Shown here in pieces: positions 62,071 to 64,000 of a stretch of DNA of 64,000 bases. The translations under genes were made by a program, and so were the position numbers. The stretch is taken from the NCBI RefSeq assembly GCF_006345805.1, contig NC_043002.1:4836001-4900000 (forward strand), given 5' to 3'. This stretch comes from Octopus sinensis. Lineage: Eukaryota. The notes below the pieces were generated by a model, which had not been told where the DNA came from, made no database searches, and was given only the letters and a program-made list of their open reading frames with translations. Each line of letters begins with the position of its first letter. The stretch's first letter is position 1.

Positions 62071-63137
62071 CCCTTTCGTTACTATATTTCTGACCAAAAT
62101 ACACCCCTTATGTGTTTCAATTAATTTCTAACGTAATCATAAATTTAGTCTGGTTTCATTAAACAACTATAACTTTTTTATTTATCAATATATTAACGTG
62201 AATTTTGGAAGATAATTTAATGAAATGTTCTCAACCAATTCTATACTATAATTTTTGTCACAAAGTGACTCTAATTGCAGGTAGATACAGGTAAATTCAA
62301 CAAAATATAAAATTATTAAAATTTTGTTCAAACATCGCTATAGAAAATGGGTTATTAGCTAATATTCAATTGGGTATACAACAAAATTTTACGATAGAAT
62401 TTGTTATTCTGGGTAACTTTCTGATACCCATAATAATATTTATGGCAAAATAGTCTTAATTTCATTTAAGATTATGGGAAACCACTTTCTTTCGTTTTGT
62501 TTACATTTAGCGTAACGGTTCGTTTCCACCGTAATGATTTCAAATAGGCTCATTCGAAAAAGTAAAAAGAAATAGTCTAAGGCTTTACTCTTCTGGGAAA
62601 GTCTGTGGCTTGGTCCAGTTTCTTCAGAAAAATCACCGAAAGAAACAGTTTTTGAATTTTCACTCCATTCAGGTGCCAATTCATTTTCTTTATCACTGTC
62701 GGAGGTCTCAGATTTACTGTTTTCACTTTCGGAAAATGAAACATCAGATTCATTATCAAATACCACGTGCTTTTTTTTTTCAGTCATAGAGTTACATTTA
62801 TGAAGGTCTTCAGTAGAAAATTCTTCAAATTCTGACTCGCTGCTTGATATAATGAAATTCGTATCCATTTTTTGTCAGAATTACAAATTTTGAAAACACA
62901 ATAGGAACAAATTTGGGAAAAAAATCTCCCAAAATTCACGGAATTAAAATTACACTTCGATTTTTGTACAAAACTGTAGTTGAACTCTTTAAGAAGTATA
63001 ATACGTGTTTTCACGAATGTACTAAAAAGATTTGCTCTGATATTCTCATTTAAATATAAATAGGTAAATTCGGGCGGTTTTGGGCGGCTTGGTCACATTA
63101 ACCAAAATTTTTTTCGGGCGGTTTGGTAACGAAAGGG
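62071..63137 (-). mobile_element. Internally deleted piggyBac element (1067 bp)
   Basis: TTAA|ccctttcgttac ... gtaacgaaaggg|TTAA; ORF 62440-62868 has an acidic N-terminus and LDYFFLLF...IITVETNRYA, the PGBD4-like N-terminal motif; no DDD core. Confidence 0.9.
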
Positions 63138-63171
63138 TTAAGTTCAGTTCTCATCAATGCTGATCTCTGTG

Positions 63172-64000
63172 TCAAAGACATTGCAGCTGTGACCATCCTG
63201 TCATCGTTTAAAGGTGTGGTTTAATGGAAATTTAGCTGCTATTTCTAGCATATCAAGAAACCATGTAGAGGCTTACTTGCTGTCTTGCCTATTCAAAGAC
63301 ATTACATCTGTGACCATCCTGACATCTTTTAAAGGTTTGGTTTAAGATAAATTTGGCTGCTATTTCTAGCATGTCAAGAAACCATGTAGAGGCTTACTTG
63401 TGTCTTGCCTATTCAAAGACATTACATCTGTGACCATCTTGTCATCTTTTAAAGGTTTGGTTTCAGGTTAATTTGGCTGCTCTTTCTAGCATATCAAGAA
63501 ATTTAGCTGCTATTTCTAGCATGTGAATAAACCATGTAGAGGCTTACTTGCCTATTCAAAGACATTACAGTTGTAACCATCCTGTCATATTTTAAAGGTG
63601 TGGTTTAATGGAAATTTAGCTGCTATTTCTAGCATATCAAGAAACCATGTAGAGGCTTACTTGCTGTCTTGCCTATTCAAAGACATTACATCTGTGACCA
63701 TCCTGTCATCCTTTAAATGTTTGGTTTAAGATAAATTTGGCTACTATTTCTAGCATTTAAAGAAACCATGTAGAGGCTTACTTATGTCTTGCCTATTCAA
63801 AGACATTACATCTGTGACCATCCTGTCTTCTTTTAAAGGTTTGGTTTAAGGGTAGTTTCGCTGCTCTTTCTAGCATATCAAGAAACCGTGTAGAGGCTTA
63901 CTTGCTGTCTTGCCTATTCAAAGACGTTACTTCTGTGACTATCTTGTCATCTTTTAAAGGTGTGCTTTAATAGAAATTTAGCTGCTATTTCTAGCATATA
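63172..64000. repeat. Tandem satellite, about 121-bp unit, running off the window end
   Basis: tcaaagac at 63172, 63293, 63413, 63556, 63677, 63797 and 63918. Confidence 0.95.

Overview
AT-rich, repeat-dominated animal genomic DNA. The tRNA-derived SINE families, RTE LINEs and (TA)n/(CAT)n microsatellites suggest an octopod cephalopod (inference; no database search was possible). Host genes: two minus-strand coding exons at the left end (3661-4939, 657-911) that splice in frame into a TDP1-like protein with a long Ser/Asp-rich N-terminus and a PBZ zinc finger; an intact 442-aa pogo/Passer-type DD35D transposase ORF (42987-44315) with decayed TIRs and a good splice acceptor, probably domesticated; and several orphan candidate exons and promoters (6.3-6.4, 23.0, 24.7, 44.9-45.3 and 61.7 kb). 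The rest is a 5'-truncated RTE LINE with a PHD finger inside its RT region, fragments of CR1, BovB-like, RTE-group, CRE and R4/Dong-like LINEs, two adjacent full-length defective mariners, piggyBac derivatives, Helitrons, MITEs, dozens of SINEs and a 121-bp satellite with a trimeric higher-order repeat. The most notable hidden structure is a set of asymmetric fold-back insertions in (TA)n tracts that carry intact or decayed minimal hammerhead ribozyme cores (best copy 31063-31100), typical of Penelope-like element termini; four of them cluster at 30.9-32.5 kb. No CRISPR array, rRNA or genuine tRNA gene was found. Boundaries of degenerate repeats are approximate.
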